Shown here piece by piece: positions 38,246-47,672 of a stretch of DNA of 64,000 nucleotides; the first letter of the stretch is position 1; each line of letters opens with the position of its first letter. The DNA is from an uncultured Acidobacteriota bacterium (GTDB lineage Bacteria > Acidobacteriota > UBA6911): the NCBI GenBank assembly GCA_963843575.1, contig CAWJKZ010000021.1, positions 64,001 to 128,000 on the forward strand. Reading direction: 5' to 3'. The notes beneath the pieces were generated by a model. It did no database searches. It was not told where the DNA came from and worked only from the letters and a program-made list of their open reading frames with translations. Both the position numbers and the translations under genes were made by a program.

Positions 38246-38337
38246 ACAAGTGGGCCGGGCTTCAGCCCGGACGCTGTTCTTGGTGGCGGTATAGCGCAGA
38301 TCGCAAGACGTCCGGGCTAGAGCCCGGGCCCACTTGT
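38246..38337. repeat. REPIN-like element (second copy, opposite orientation)
   Basis: acaagtgggccgggcttcagcccggacg ... cgtccgggctagagcccgggcccacttgt; the spacer is also homologous to the 10297 copy. Confidence 0.78.
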
Positions 38338-38408
38338 GTTGGGTACGGTTTGTTTTTTGTCGCTGTGTGGCGCACGGAACGATCGAGGTACAATGGGAGC
38401 TCACCGAA

Positions 38409-40709
38409 ATGAAGACCACAGTCCTTTGCTTGGTGGCGGCGTTGCTCGGTCCCCCGGCGCTCCCGGCGCAGTCGGGGTCGCTGCAGGAGATGAAGCCCGA
38501 CGCCGTGGTTGCGCTCCAGGGCGAAACCCATCACGTGCAGGGGCTGCTGGTTTCCGGTGACCGGGTGTACGTCACGGCCGTCGACCGAGCGGCGCGCAAG
38601 GCCTATCTCTTCGAGCACGATCTGAAGACGGGGACGAGGCTACGTGCGGTCGAGATCCAGCAGGGGGCGCGGTACCACCCGGGCGGCTTCGACGCGGACG
38701 ACGCCGCGCTCTGGATTCCCGTCGCGGAATACCGCGCCGGGAGCAGCACCGTCGTTCAGCGCCGCTCCAGGGAATCCCTCCAGCTGATCTCTTCGTTCGA
38801 GGTGGCCGACCACGTCGGCGCGCTGGCGGTCGGGCCGGACAGGCTGTATGCAGCAAACTGGGACGCGCGCAGCCTGATCGAACTCTCGCCGGATGGGAAA
38901 ATCCTGCGCGCCAGGGACAACCCGACACCGCTGGCGATCCAGGACTGGAAGTACCGTAACGGAATCCTCGTGGCCTCCGCGGTCACCCCGGCGGATCCCG
39001 CGGGCGCCGCCGTCGCCTGGATCGACCCGGAAACCCTGGGGGTGCTGAAGACCGTCCCCGCGGGAGTCACCGACCGCGGTGTCCCTTTCACGGCCGAGGG
39101 GCTGGATTCCCGGGACGGGACGCTTTATCTGCTTCCCGAGGACGCCCCGTTGCGTGTCTTCGTGTTCGACCAGCTGCGTCTCGCGAACCTCAATCGTCCG
39201 GAGCGGGAGCAGTGGCTTCGCGACCTGGGATTCGGCATGTTCATCCACTGGAACGTCGATGTGAACCTCGGTTCGGTGATCTCCCACTCGCTCGTCGGCG
39301 CGGATGCCGGCTACGTCGAGCGATACTTCGACCTGCTGCCGCGCTACCTTCACCCGCGCAAGTTCGATGCGCGGGAATGGGCGCGGCTCGCCCGGCTCGC
39401 GGGGATGAAGTACGGGGTGTTCACGGCCAAGCACCACGCGGGATTCTGCTGGTGGGACACGAAGACGACGCCGTTGAACGTGATGAACACGCCGCTCCGG
39501 CGGGACGTCGTGCGGGAATACGCCGATGCGTTCCGCGCCGAGGGGCTGGCCGTCGGGCTCTACATCTCACCGGACGACTTCTGGTGGTTCCACAATAATG
39601 GCTACCGCATCGCGCGGCCGCCCGCGCCGATGACCACCACCAGGGAAATTCCGGCGCTGAAGGTCTACGGGCAGGCGCAGCTGCGCGAGCTGCTGACGCA
39701 CTACGGGAAGATAGACGTTCTCTTCATCGACGGCCCGGCGCACGGGCTGCGCGAGCTCGCCTGGCAGATCGACCCGCAGATCGTCGTCACGCGGGGCGCG
39801 ATCGAAACGCCGGAGCAGCACGTCCCCGGGATTCCCATGGACCAGCTGTGGGAAGGCAACATGACGATCGGGGACGCGTGGCAGCACAAGCCCGCCGACA
39901 CACCGAAGAGCTCGCAGAAGCTGATCGAGACGCTGGTGGAGGTCCGCGCGAAGGGGGGCAACTTCCTGCTGAACGTCGGCCCCCGCCCCGACGGCGAGCT
40001 CTCGCAGGGCGAAGAGGCCCGTCTGCGCGACATCGCACTGTGGAGCTTCGTCAACGGCGAGGCCCTCGACGCCGTCCGGCCCTGGGTGATCACCAACGAA
40101 GGGAACATCTGGTTCACCCGGCACAAGCGCGGCGGCACCGTTTACGCCTTCGTCACCCGGAGCCCGTGGAAACTCGGGGAACGCCGCGAACTGACCCTGA
40201 AATCCGTCCGGGCGACCCCGCGCACGGACGTCGGGATTCTCGGGCAGTCGGACGAGGTCCTCGAGTACCGGCCGGACATCGGGCCGAAGACCGCGTGGCG
40301 CCAGACCGACGACGGGCTCGTGATCTCGGCAATGACCGCACAGCGCCTGTACGACGACCGGCGGTGGGACAAGCCGGTGGTCTTGCGCATCTCGAACGCC
40401 GAGCCGGCACTCGACCCGCCCCGGGTCGCCACGCTTGACGCCAGCGGCGGCACGCTGCGCGGACGCCTGGAGTCGATGGGCGATGCCCGCGCGCTCGAGG
40501 TCGGATTCGAGTACCGGCCGCGCAAGGGGCTGACGGACCTGTATGAAAAGACGGAACCGTGGCGCCCACTGCCGTTGCGGACCGTCTCGGCGCCGGGCGA
40601 GTTTACGGGCCGCGTCCCGGGCGGGCTGGCGCCGGCGGACCTGGAGTTCCGCGCCGTGGTCAGGCACCCGGTCATGACCCTGTACGGTGCCGAAAAACCG
40701 GTTCAGTAA
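38409..40709 (+). CDS. Secreted alpha-L-fucosidase (GH29) with an N-terminal DUF6454-like domain
   Basis: N-term THHVQG...YHPGGFD...WIPVAEYR...ANWD...QD...TAEG; GH29 FGMFIHW, FDAREWA..AGMKYGVFTAKHHAGF, LLTHYGKIDVLFIDG, GGNFLLNVGP. Confidence 0.85.
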   Translation: MKTTVLCLVAALLGPPALPAQSGSLQEMKPDAVVALQGETHHVQGLLVSGDRVYVTAVDRAARKAYLFEHDLKTGTRLRAVEIQQGARYHPGGFDADDAALWIPVAEYRAGSSTVVQRRSRESLQLISSFEVADHVGALAVGPDRLYAANWDARSLIELSPDGKILRARDNPTPLAIQDWKYRNGILVASAVTPADPAGAAVAWIDPETLGVLKTVPAGVTDRGVPFTAEGLDSRDGTLYLLPEDAPLRVFVFDQLRLANLNRPEREQWLRDLGFGMFIHWNVDVNLGSVISHSLVGADAGYVERYFDLLPRYLHPRKFDAREWARLARLAGMKYGVFTAKHHAGFCWWDTKTTPLNVMNTPLRRDVVREYADAFRAEGLAVGLYISPDDFWWFHNNGYRIARPPAPMTTTREIPALKVYGQAQLRELLTHYGKIDVLFIDGPAHGLRELAWQIDPQIVVTRGAIETPEQHVPGIPMDQLWEGNMTIGDAWQHKPADTPKSSQKLIETLVEVRAKGGNFLLNVGPRPDGELSQGEEARLRDIALWSFVNGEALDAVRPWVITNEGNIWFTRHKRGGTVYAFVTRSPWKLGERRELTLKSVRATPRTDVGILGQSDEVLEYRPDIGPKTAWRQTDDGLVISAMTAQRLYDDRRWDKPVVLRISNAEPALDPPRVATLDASGGTLRGRLESMGDARALEVGFEYRPRKGLTDLYEKTEPWRPLPLRTVSAPGEFTGRVPGGLAPADLEFRAVVRHPVMTLYGAEKPVQ

Positions 40710-40717
40710 ACCGGACC

Positions 40718-41128
40718 CTACTGCTTGACTGCAGCCGTCACGAGTTCAACGACCCGGCGCGCTCCTGCGCGCGCCTGTTCGGCATCCGGCCGTTGATAGA
40801 AGTCGGAGGGTGTCAGGTCCTCGCTTCCATAGAACGCCAATTCCCGGTCGCGCCTCAGCGACCTGGATGTGGCGACGAGGTCTTCGATGTATGGGCGGAT
40901 GTTCTCCGGAAGCCTGTCGCCTTCGGAACGCAGAATCTGGCCGACATCGTGGATGCGAGGGACCTCGACAGAAGAAGAACGCAGAAGAGACTTCAGCGCC
41001 AGCTCAACCGCTTCCTGGGACTCGCGCACAACATCGGCCCAGCTCTCGAGGTCGAAAAGGACATCGATCGCGGCAAGCCTGTGGGTTGCGCGGGTGAGGT
41101 AATCCGCCGCCAGTGTCCGGTTATGCAT
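40718..41128 (-). CDS. HEPN domain protein
   Basis: SQEAVELALKSLL...PRIHDV...LRRDRELAFYG; 8-nt overlap with the upstream MNT gene. Confidence 0.85.
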   Translation of the reverse strand: MHNRTLAADYLTRATHRLAAIDVLFDLESWADVVRESQEAVELALKSLLRSSSVEVPRIHDVGQILRSEGDRLPENIRPYIEDLVATSRSLRRDRELAFYGSEDLTPSDFYQRPDAEQARAGARRVVELVTAAVKQ

Positions 41129-41735
41129 CACTTTCCTTGAATTCCTTAATCCAGTAGGGGCTTCCATGGACAACCCGCCGCCGGATCCTCCCCTGTCCCA
41201 TGGCCTCGCGTACGGACCCGAGAAAGCGTGAGATCTGGTGATCGCATTCCCGAAGAACGATACCGTCAAGCGCCACCTCATACCACAAACCGCCGGCCTC
41301 CTGGACGCTCGCGGGCAGTTTGACAAAGTGAGGGGAGATCTCACCTTGGTCCGGAGTGCCGGCGTATTGCCGGCAGAACTCTTCCCAGCGGCGATACAGA
41401 TCCCGGGTGATTTTCACTCCCGGCCGCATGATCAGCAGCAGATCGATATCCGATCCGTCGGTAGCATCGCCGCGAGCGGCGGATCCGAAAAGGAGCAGGC
41501 CGACAAGATCCCCTTGCCACCATTGAACGGTTTTGTCGAGGAAGTCCGGTGAGATCAAGTTTGACTGCGCCGTTGCTGCGGCGGAACGCCCGGGCAACGC
41601 ATCGTTCCGCAGCAGCTTGGCGACACAAAACTGGTTCAGGGACTTTCCGGTGCGCAGGGCCTCCTGCTTCAGACGGCCATGCAAGCCCGCAGGCATTCTA
41701 ATGACGAACTTTCCCGAGCACTGCTTCATACCCAT
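41121..41735 (-). CDS. HicB-like RHH domain fused to a minimal nucleotidyltransferase (MNT)
   Basis: N-term SGKFVIRMPAGLHGRLKQEA...GKSLNQFC (HicB RHH); LLLFGSAARGDATDGSDIDLL (GS-x10-DxD). Confidence 0.85.
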   Translation of the reverse strand: MGMKQCSGKFVIRMPAGLHGRLKQEALRTGKSLNQFCVAKLLRNDALPGRSAAATAQSNLISPDFLDKTVQWWQGDLVGLLLFGSAARGDATDGSDIDLLLIMRPGVKITRDLYRRWEEFCRQYAGTPDQGEISPHFVKLPASVQEAGGLWYEVALDGIVLRECDHQISRFLGSVREAMGQGRIRRRVVHGSPYWIKEFKESDA

Positions 41736-41736
41736 A

Positions 41737-41752
41737 TAGTATCATAGTACTA
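41737..41752 (-). promoter_or_regulatory. Putative operator / -10 region of the MNT-HEPN operon
   Basis: Inverted repeat TAGTA-N6-TACTA overlapping -10-like TATGAT/TACTAT hexamers 5-8 nt before the ATG; no SD, so possibly leaderless. Confidence 0.55.
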
Positions 41753-41887
41753 AGCCAGAAAGTTGAGTGGGTCAAAAACCCCTGCGCTCTCCGGAGTTCA
41801 CGAGGAAGTTCCCGACTTCCAGGTATACAGGGATAGATGAGGGACATCCACTCTGCCGGCGAGGAGAACGCTTTCCATCGATCGTGA

Positions 41888-42331
41888 TCTGCGGTCGTCG
41901 CGGTACTTCTGATCGCCTGCGCGAGTACCGCAAACCTGATGCTCGCGCGGACCACCGCCCGCCGTCGAGAACTGGCTCTGCGGGACGTGCTGGGCGCCGG
42001 TCGCGGGCGCATGGTGAGTTGGCTCCTCACGGAAAGTGTGTTTCTGGCGCTCGTGGGAAGAGCTGCGGGGAGTGGACTGGCTTATCTCCTGATGCGTCTG
42101 TTTATTACGATCTCTCCGGGGAATCCTCCGCCGCCTGCGCGAGGCAACCCTCTGGCTCTTGGCCAGGGAACCGGGTGGGCAATTACCGGTGTGATCGCCG
42201 GCGTCGGGGGAGTCCTGATCCTCGTCGGGTTCGCTGCCTGCTACATTCCCGCGCGGCACGCAATGTGCATCGTCGGGCAGCAAATCAGGCAATTTAGTAC
42301 CGATGGGACTAAGCAGAGACTGCATGGATAA
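41888..42331 (+). pseudogene. Internally deleted remnant of an ADOP permease
   Basis: [41 protein letters not shown] joined to the C-terminal [14 protein letters not shown]; both match segments of 11064..13571. Confidence 0.75.
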
Positions 42332-42400
42332 GCCAGCATGCTCCGGGACATTCCTCTGGGCGCATCACCGGCAGGGGTGTCGCCCGCCGGACCGACAGAG

Positions 42401-42967
42401 TCAATCATACGGAGCGTAACTGTAGACCTTGTAGACACCATCCATTTCGATCAGAGTGCCGAAAAGGGGAACGTCTTCTTCCGCGCCGTTCTCGATGCGG
42501 ATGGTGAACCTGTAGTCCGGCCACGCGGTGTGTGAGGCGAAGCGCTCCTTGGTCTTCGCCGAACTCATGCTGACGATCTCGACCTTCCGCCCTCTGTACC
42601 GCTCATACAGCTTTGCCAGGCGGTTTAGGCTCCGGAAGTAGACGTCATTCCAGACGAAGTCGAATGGAATGTTCGTCCGGGGATTGCTGGCCGGAAGTTC
42701 AGGCCAGACGTAGGACTGGAACTCCTCCCTCGACAGCGTGAGGTTCTTGAGGGTCTGCAGGTCGCTGTCGGCCAGCGCCCGCACGACCGTGGCTGCCACG
42801 GCTTGGGGGGACGATTCTGCATGCGCCAGGCGAACCGGCCTGTTCCGCGCCGCATAGACTGCGAACAGGCAGAGCCCGGCGACGCAGGCGGCCGGCGCAA
42901 GAACAGCCGGCTTCCGGAGAAGCCGGCCGTATTTCGAGCGTCTGTTATGGGGCTTGCGTGAGGCCAT
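42401..42967 (-). CDS. Hypothetical exported protein, third gene of the TBDR operon
   Basis: N-terminal hydrophobic anchor; start 1 nt from the upstream stop; coding-like composition. Confidence 0.7.
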   Translation of the reverse strand: MASRKPHNRRSKYGRLLRKPAVLAPAACVAGLCLFAVYAARNRPVRLAHAESSPQAVAATVVRALADSDLQTLKNLTLSREEFQSYVWPELPASNPRTNIPFDFVWNDVYFRSLNRLAKLYERYRGRKVEIVSMSSAKTKERFASHTAWPDYRFTIRIENGAEEDVPLFGTLIEMDGVYKVYSYAPYD

Positions 42968-42968
42968 C

Positions 42969-44717
42969 TCAGTTCACGCTGATGGAAACCCAGCCGCCCT
43001 GCAGCCAGTTGTTATTCGGGCCGATCCCGCCGATGAAATCGACTCTCTCGAAGAAACCGTCGTCCGGAGGGGATTTGACGACATCGATGCGCAGCGCGGG
43101 TGAATAAACCCCCGGCATGTAATCGGCCGTAAGGCGGTGGTACGGATCCACGAGCTTCGGGTCGATCTGGAGAACCATTCTGCTCTTGGACTGGATCCAG
43201 TTCTGCGTATCTGCGTTGCCGAAGGTCCCCGCCCCGTCGGCGCCGAAGACGCCGTTGTTGAACAGGATGGCGTTGTCGAACACAAGGTTCCCGTTCCCAG
43301 CCTGGGTGATGGTCGCCGCGTCCCGCATGTTGATGGCATCACGGCCGTAGCCCACGACGATGAAGTTGTACAGCTTTCCTGCGGTGCCGCGGCGCAGCAT
43401 CAGTCCGTGGTCGGCCTTGCCTTCGCCTTCCGCATAGTTCTGCTGTGGCCCGACGATGGTCATGTTGTAGATCGTGGGAGACGAACGGGGTTCGTTGTCG
43501 TTGCCGTTCTCCCAGTTGTCCGCCTCGATTCCGCGGTTTCCTTCCGTATTGGGATACACGTGCGTGATGACGAACTGAGCCTTCCCCTGCCAGCCTTCGG
43601 TCCAGTCGAACTGGTCATCGCCGCCGCCGGTGCAGAAGACGTACTTCACGCCGGCGCGTCCGCCGAAGAACTCGATGTTGTCGTCGTTGCCGTTGTTGAA
43701 GTGCAGGTGATCCAGGACGGTCTGGCTACCCACGCCATTGAGGTAAAGACTGTTGGCTTCGCGGGTGGGAGTGAACTTGATGCCCGCGTACTCGACCCGG
43801 ACATAGCGCATGATGCCGCTGTCGTCGTCGGGGACGGTGCCGCCGTACGGCACGCTCTCGATCCCTTCCACCACTCCGGCGCCGCCCGTCACGTTGATCG
43901 GGGCGCGTCCGGCGATGGCGACGCCGAACCAGTCACCGGGCCGGCGCGTCCCGACCGAGTTGACCGACGTGAAGACGATCGGGCGCTGGGCGGTGCCCAC
44001 CGCGTTGATTTTCGCTCCCTGCACGATGCAAAGGCCGCCGAGCGTGGCCGTATCGCCGAAGAGGATGGTCCCGGGCTCGATGGTCAGGGTAGCCCCGGAG
44101 CGGACGAACACCATCCCGGAAAGGACGTACGCGCGCTTGTTCGAAAGGGTGCGGCTCTGGGTGATGTCGCCCGACAGGGTGTCGATTCCTTCCACCACGG
44201 TGAAAGGAGCAAAGCCCTGCGACTGGATATACGTTCCGGTGGCATCACGTAACTCCATTACATACCTGTATGTGCCCGCAGTGGCAGGCGCATTCCTGGC
44301 GGCGCCGAGGAGGCCGCCGCCGCCGAAGAGAGTGAAGGCGTTCAGTTCGGGCACCAGATAGATGGGGTAGCGGCCCGTGGTGGCGTCTGCAGTGTTGCCG
44401 AACATATCCGTGACGGTGCCGGACTGGTAGCCCGGGTGATAGAGTTTTTCCCCAGTCTGCAGATTTTCGAGATATACGAAGTAGCTGGAGTAGGGGGTAG
44501 GACTACCGTTCGGCGACTGGTGGAGCCTTATCGTGACGCTTTCATTGGCGCTATAGACCACCTTGTCGGCATAGAGGTAGGTGGAAGGCGCTTTCACATC
44601 CTGGAGACTCGGGGCGACGATGTTTTGCCGCCCGGTGTCGGCATCGCCGGCAAACGCAGCGTACGCGGTAACACCCAGCAACGCCAGGACCGCGCCCAAA
44701 ATGAACGGCTTTCGCAT
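42969..44717 (-). CDS. Secreted parallel beta-helix protein of the type encoded next to TBDRs
   Basis: Signal peptide; VFVRSGATLTIEPGT...GTAQRPIVFTS...GDWFG...DDDSGIMRYVRVEYAG...DDNIEFFGG...DDQFDWTEGWQGKAQF...GIEADN...PTIYNMT. Confidence 0.8.
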   Translation of the reverse strand: MRKPFILGAVLALLGVTAYAAFAGDADTGRQNIVAPSLQDVKAPSTYLYADKVVYSANESVTIRLHQSPNGSPTPYSSYFVYLENLQTGEKLYHPGYQSGTVTDMFGNTADATTGRYPIYLVPELNAFTLFGGGGLLGAARNAPATAGTYRYVMELRDATGTYIQSQGFAPFTVVEGIDTLSGDITQSRTLSNKRAYVLSGMVFVRSGATLTIEPGTILFGDTATLGGLCIVQGAKINAVGTAQRPIVFTSVNSVGTRRPGDWFGVAIAGRAPINVTGGAGVVEGIESVPYGGTVPDDDSGIMRYVRVEYAGIKFTPTREANSLYLNGVGSQTVLDHLHFNNGNDDNIEFFGGRAGVKYVFCTGGGDDQFDWTEGWQGKAQFVITHVYPNTEGNRGIEADNWENGNDNEPRSSPTIYNMTIVGPQQNYAEGEGKADHGLMLRRGTAGKLYNFIVVGYGRDAINMRDAATITQAGNGNLVFDNAILFNNGVFGADGAGTFGNADTQNWIQSKSRMVLQIDPKLVDPYHRLTADYMPGVYSPALRIDVVKSPPDDGFFERVDFIGGIGPNNNWLQGGWVSISVN

Positions 44718-44772
44718 GGTACTCTCCTTTAGGGTAGGTGGATGCTAACAGTCTGATTCCGGTGGAGCCTCT

Positions 44773-47583
44773 TCAATATATGTCGTAGCCGATTCCGACG
44801 CTGATCTGCCGGCCCAGTTTGTAGCGATAAAAGACCTGGTCTCCCTGGTAATGGGTTACTGCCCGGTTAAGAAGGTTCTGGCCGCCCAGCTTGAACTGCA
44901 TCCTGGGGAGAGCCCTGAAGCGCTTGGAAACGGTGAGGTCCAGAAAGTGGTTCGATCTCTCGTACACGTCGGGCAGGAGTGTCGCGCCGACATCGCTGAT
45001 CCGCGGCCCGACAAGGTTGTACAGCACTCTCAGGTCCACGCCGTGCTTCTCGTCGGCATACTCGAGGACGCTGTTGAAAAGGTACTTGGACTGTCCCTGC
45101 ATCGGCCGCCTCAGCGACGTCAGCACGATTCCGGGGATGTTCCCGATTTCGACATCCGAGAAGATGCGAGAGTAATTCGAATACAGCGACCAGCCGGACA
45201 GGGGCCCGCCGATGAACCCGAGGTCTTTCCTCATCTCGACTTCAATGCCGCGGTTGCTGGCGTGATCGGAGTTCCGGAACGATGTCAGGATGTCGGCCGA
45301 ATAAAACATCACCCGCTCGATGGGGTCTTCGAAGCGCTTCCAGAACACGCTGGCGGCGTAAAGCTCGCTCGGGCTGCGGAACCATTCCCAGCGGGCGTCA
45401 ACATTCTGAATGCGGGATTGCCTGAGGTCCGGGTTGCCGTAGAGCGTCGAGCGGCCGCTGATGTCCGTGAACTGGAACGGCGCCAGTTCGCGAAACTCGG
45501 GCCGGTTGAGAGTCCTGCTGTAGCCGGCGCGCAGGTTCATGCCGGGATTTATCAGATAGACGACCGAGACGGCCGGAAGGAAGTCCCGGTTGTTGAGATC
45601 GGTGACGATCGAAGTGAGACCGGGTGCAAAAGGATCGAAGGTGATCAGGTGCTGAGCGGAGTCCTCGAAACGGACACCCCCTGTCACGCGCCACCTTTTA
45701 GCGAATGCGACATCCGCGAGGCCATACCCTGCGTTAATCACGTGCTCGGCATCGTATGAGTCCGTGGAGCGCGTGATTTCGCGCAGCTCGATCGAGTCCG
45801 GTCCGATGTTGCCGTAGTCGAAGATTTGTTCGGGGGTGAGCCGGAAGTCCACGGGCCGTCCGAACGGAACAAATACGAACCGGCGGGAGGAGAAATCACG
45901 CCTGCGATCGTGGCGCAGCCAGCCTCCCTTCAGGGTTGCGATCGTATGCCCGAAGACCCAGCTGCGGCTGACGTCAACCGCCGGCTCGTAGATAACGTCC
46001 GCCTGTCCCGTAAACTGGCGGAATCCGCTCTGGCCCTGGGAACTGAAGCTGAAGTCGTCTTTGCCTCTTTCGGACCGGTAGATGACTTCCCGCATGTCCG
46101 GTTCGTCGCGCTCCGCCCGGGAGTAGGCGAGCCGCCACTCCAGCAGGGTGCCGAAAAGACGCTTCATGAAGTGTTCCCCGGAGACCTGGCTGGTGAAGAT
46201 GGTTTCCTCCGAGTAGCGCAGACGGGTGTCTTGTTCATCGGCGCTGTTCCCTTCACTGTAGCCGCTAAGGTACCGGACCTCGTCGCTGGCGTCGCGGCTG
46301 AAGAAATTCTTCACCTGGAGCTTGTGGTTGGTACCGAGCTTGTAGGCGACGTTGCCGACGAATCCGAGCTTGACGTTCTTGGTGTTCTTGTCATTTGTGA
46401 ACAGGTTCCAGGGGATCAACGTATTCCCCAGGGCCTGGTAGGAATTCACCTCTTCGAGCTGGTGCGAATACTTGTGGCCGTAGGTGAGTGAAAACACCGT
46501 GCCGAGATTCTTGTAGCTCCCGCCCCCCATGATCGTCTGGGAGAAGTTCGGGGCTGCGTCGGTCGCGCCGGGCGTCCACTGGTTCTTGAGGGACCGACCA
46601 AGCTCCTGTAGCTGTTCCGAGGTGAATCCCTTGCCGGTCACGGGGCTGAGCCGTGTGACACGTCCACTGGGGAAGGCCGCCGGGAGCTGGCGCGCTCCGC
46701 CCCCGAATCCCAGCCAGTCCAGGTGGCTTCCGTGATACGAGAGGAATTTGTTCCCGAGCACGTTCGAGTCCCAGCTGAGTCCCGCCGAGTATTTCAGGGT
46801 CAGTTCCGCGGGGAACTCGATGGTTTCGATATTGACGACCCCCCCGGAAAAGTCGCCGGGCTGGTCGGGTGAGTAGCTCTTGAGAGTGGAGATCTTGTTG
46901 ATCAGGCTTGACGGGAAAAGATCGAACGGGACGACCTTCCTCTCCGGCTCGGTAGAGGGCAGCAGGGAACCGTTGAGCATCGCCGAGCTGTAGCGTTCAC
47001 CCAGACCCCGAACGAACACGTACTTGTCCTGCACCACCGAGATCCCAGTCACCCGCTCGAGAATGCCGGCCGCATCGGAGTCGGGGTTCCGGCTGATATC
47101 CTCGGCGGAAACGGTGTCACTGATCGTGCGAGCCGTCTGTCGCTCCAGGAGCACGGAGTTGACCGTGGCAGCCTTCATCGAGTCAGCCGTGACGGTGACC
47201 TTTTCTGAAATCACATTTGTCGGCACGAGTACCGGATCGATGAAGACCGTCTTGCCAATCTCCACCCCGATGTTGTCGACCGGTTGATCGAAGTAACCCT
47301 CCATGCTCACTCGAAGTGTGTGTTTGCCGACGGGCAGCTTCAGAACGTATCGGCCATCGATGTCGGTGAGGACCTTCTGGCCGGACCCGACAGCCTCAAT
47401 CGATGCGCCGCGCAGGTTGTTTCCCGTCTGGCTGTCATAAACCGTGCCGCTCACGGATCCGATTTCGACTCCAGGCCTCCGGTCCGACGGCCGCTTCGGC
47501 TCCTGGCCGAAGGCGGGGGCCAGCAGCAGGACCACATTCAATGCGATAGTCAGCAGGCACCCGAACCGATTTTTGTCGAACAC
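44773..47583 (-). CDS. TonB-dependent receptor with N-terminal carboxypeptidase regulatory-like domain
   Basis: SVSGTVYDSQTG; plug DSDAAGILERVTGIS...VFVRGLGERY...VPFDLFPS; RTLNRPEFRELAPF; GNPDL; C-term VGIGYDIY; GTG start after GGAGG. Confidence 0.92.
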   Translation of the reverse strand: MFDKNRFGCLLTIALNVVLLLAPAFGQEPKRPSDRRPGVEIGSVSGTVYDSQTGNNLRGASIEAVGSGQKVLTDIDGRYVLKLPVGKHTLRVSMEGYFDQPVDNIGVEIGKTVFIDPVLVPTNVISEKVTVTADSMKAATVNSVLLERQTARTISDTVSAEDISRNPDSDAAGILERVTGISVVQDKYVFVRGLGERYSSAMLNGSLLPSTEPERKVVPFDLFPSSLINKISTLKSYSPDQPGDFSGGVVNIETIEFPAELTLKYSAGLSWDSNVLGNKFLSYHGSHLDWLGFGGGARQLPAAFPSGRVTRLSPVTGKGFTSEQLQELGRSLKNQWTPGATDAAPNFSQTIMGGGSYKNLGTVFSLTYGHKYSHQLEEVNSYQALGNTLIPWNLFTNDKNTKNVKLGFVGNVAYKLGTNHKLQVKNFFSRDASDEVRYLSGYSEGNSADEQDTRLRYSEETIFTSQVSGEHFMKRLFGTLLEWRLAYSRAERDEPDMREVIYRSERGKDDFSFSSQGQSGFRQFTGQADVIYEPAVDVSRSWVFGHTIATLKGGWLRHDRRRDFSSRRFVFVPFGRPVDFRLTPEQIFDYGNIGPDSIELREITRSTDSYDAEHVINAGYGLADVAFAKRWRVTGGVRFEDSAQHLITFDPFAPGLTSIVTDLNNRDFLPAVSVVYLINPGMNLRAGYSRTLNRPEFRELAPFQFTDISGRSTLYGNPDLRQSRIQNVDARWEWFRSPSELYAASVFWKRFEDPIERVMFYSADILTSFRNSDHASNRGIEVEMRKDLGFIGGPLSGWSLYSNYSRIFSDVEIGNIPGIVLTSLRRPMQGQSKYLFNSVLEYADEKHGVDLRVLYNLVGPRISDVGATLLPDVYERSNHFLDLTVSKRFRALPRMQFKLGGQNLLNRAVTHYQGDQVFYRYKLGRQISVGIGYDIY

Positions 47584-47616
47584 GGCATCCTCCCCAGTCC
47601 TTGCTTAGAAAATGAG

Positions 47617-47672
47617 ATACTAGATCCCGTGTGTTATGCGGGCGTGACGGGACAGTGAAGATCCCGTGAAAT
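47617..47672 (-). promoter_or_regulatory. PHO-box-like promoter: four 11-bp-periodic direct repeats plus a -10 element
   Basis: On the - strand the cores TCAC (47669-66), TCAC (47658-55), TCAC (47647-44) and TAAC (47636-33) are exactly 11 bp apart, followed by 10 nt and TAGTAT (47622-17). Confidence 0.72.
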
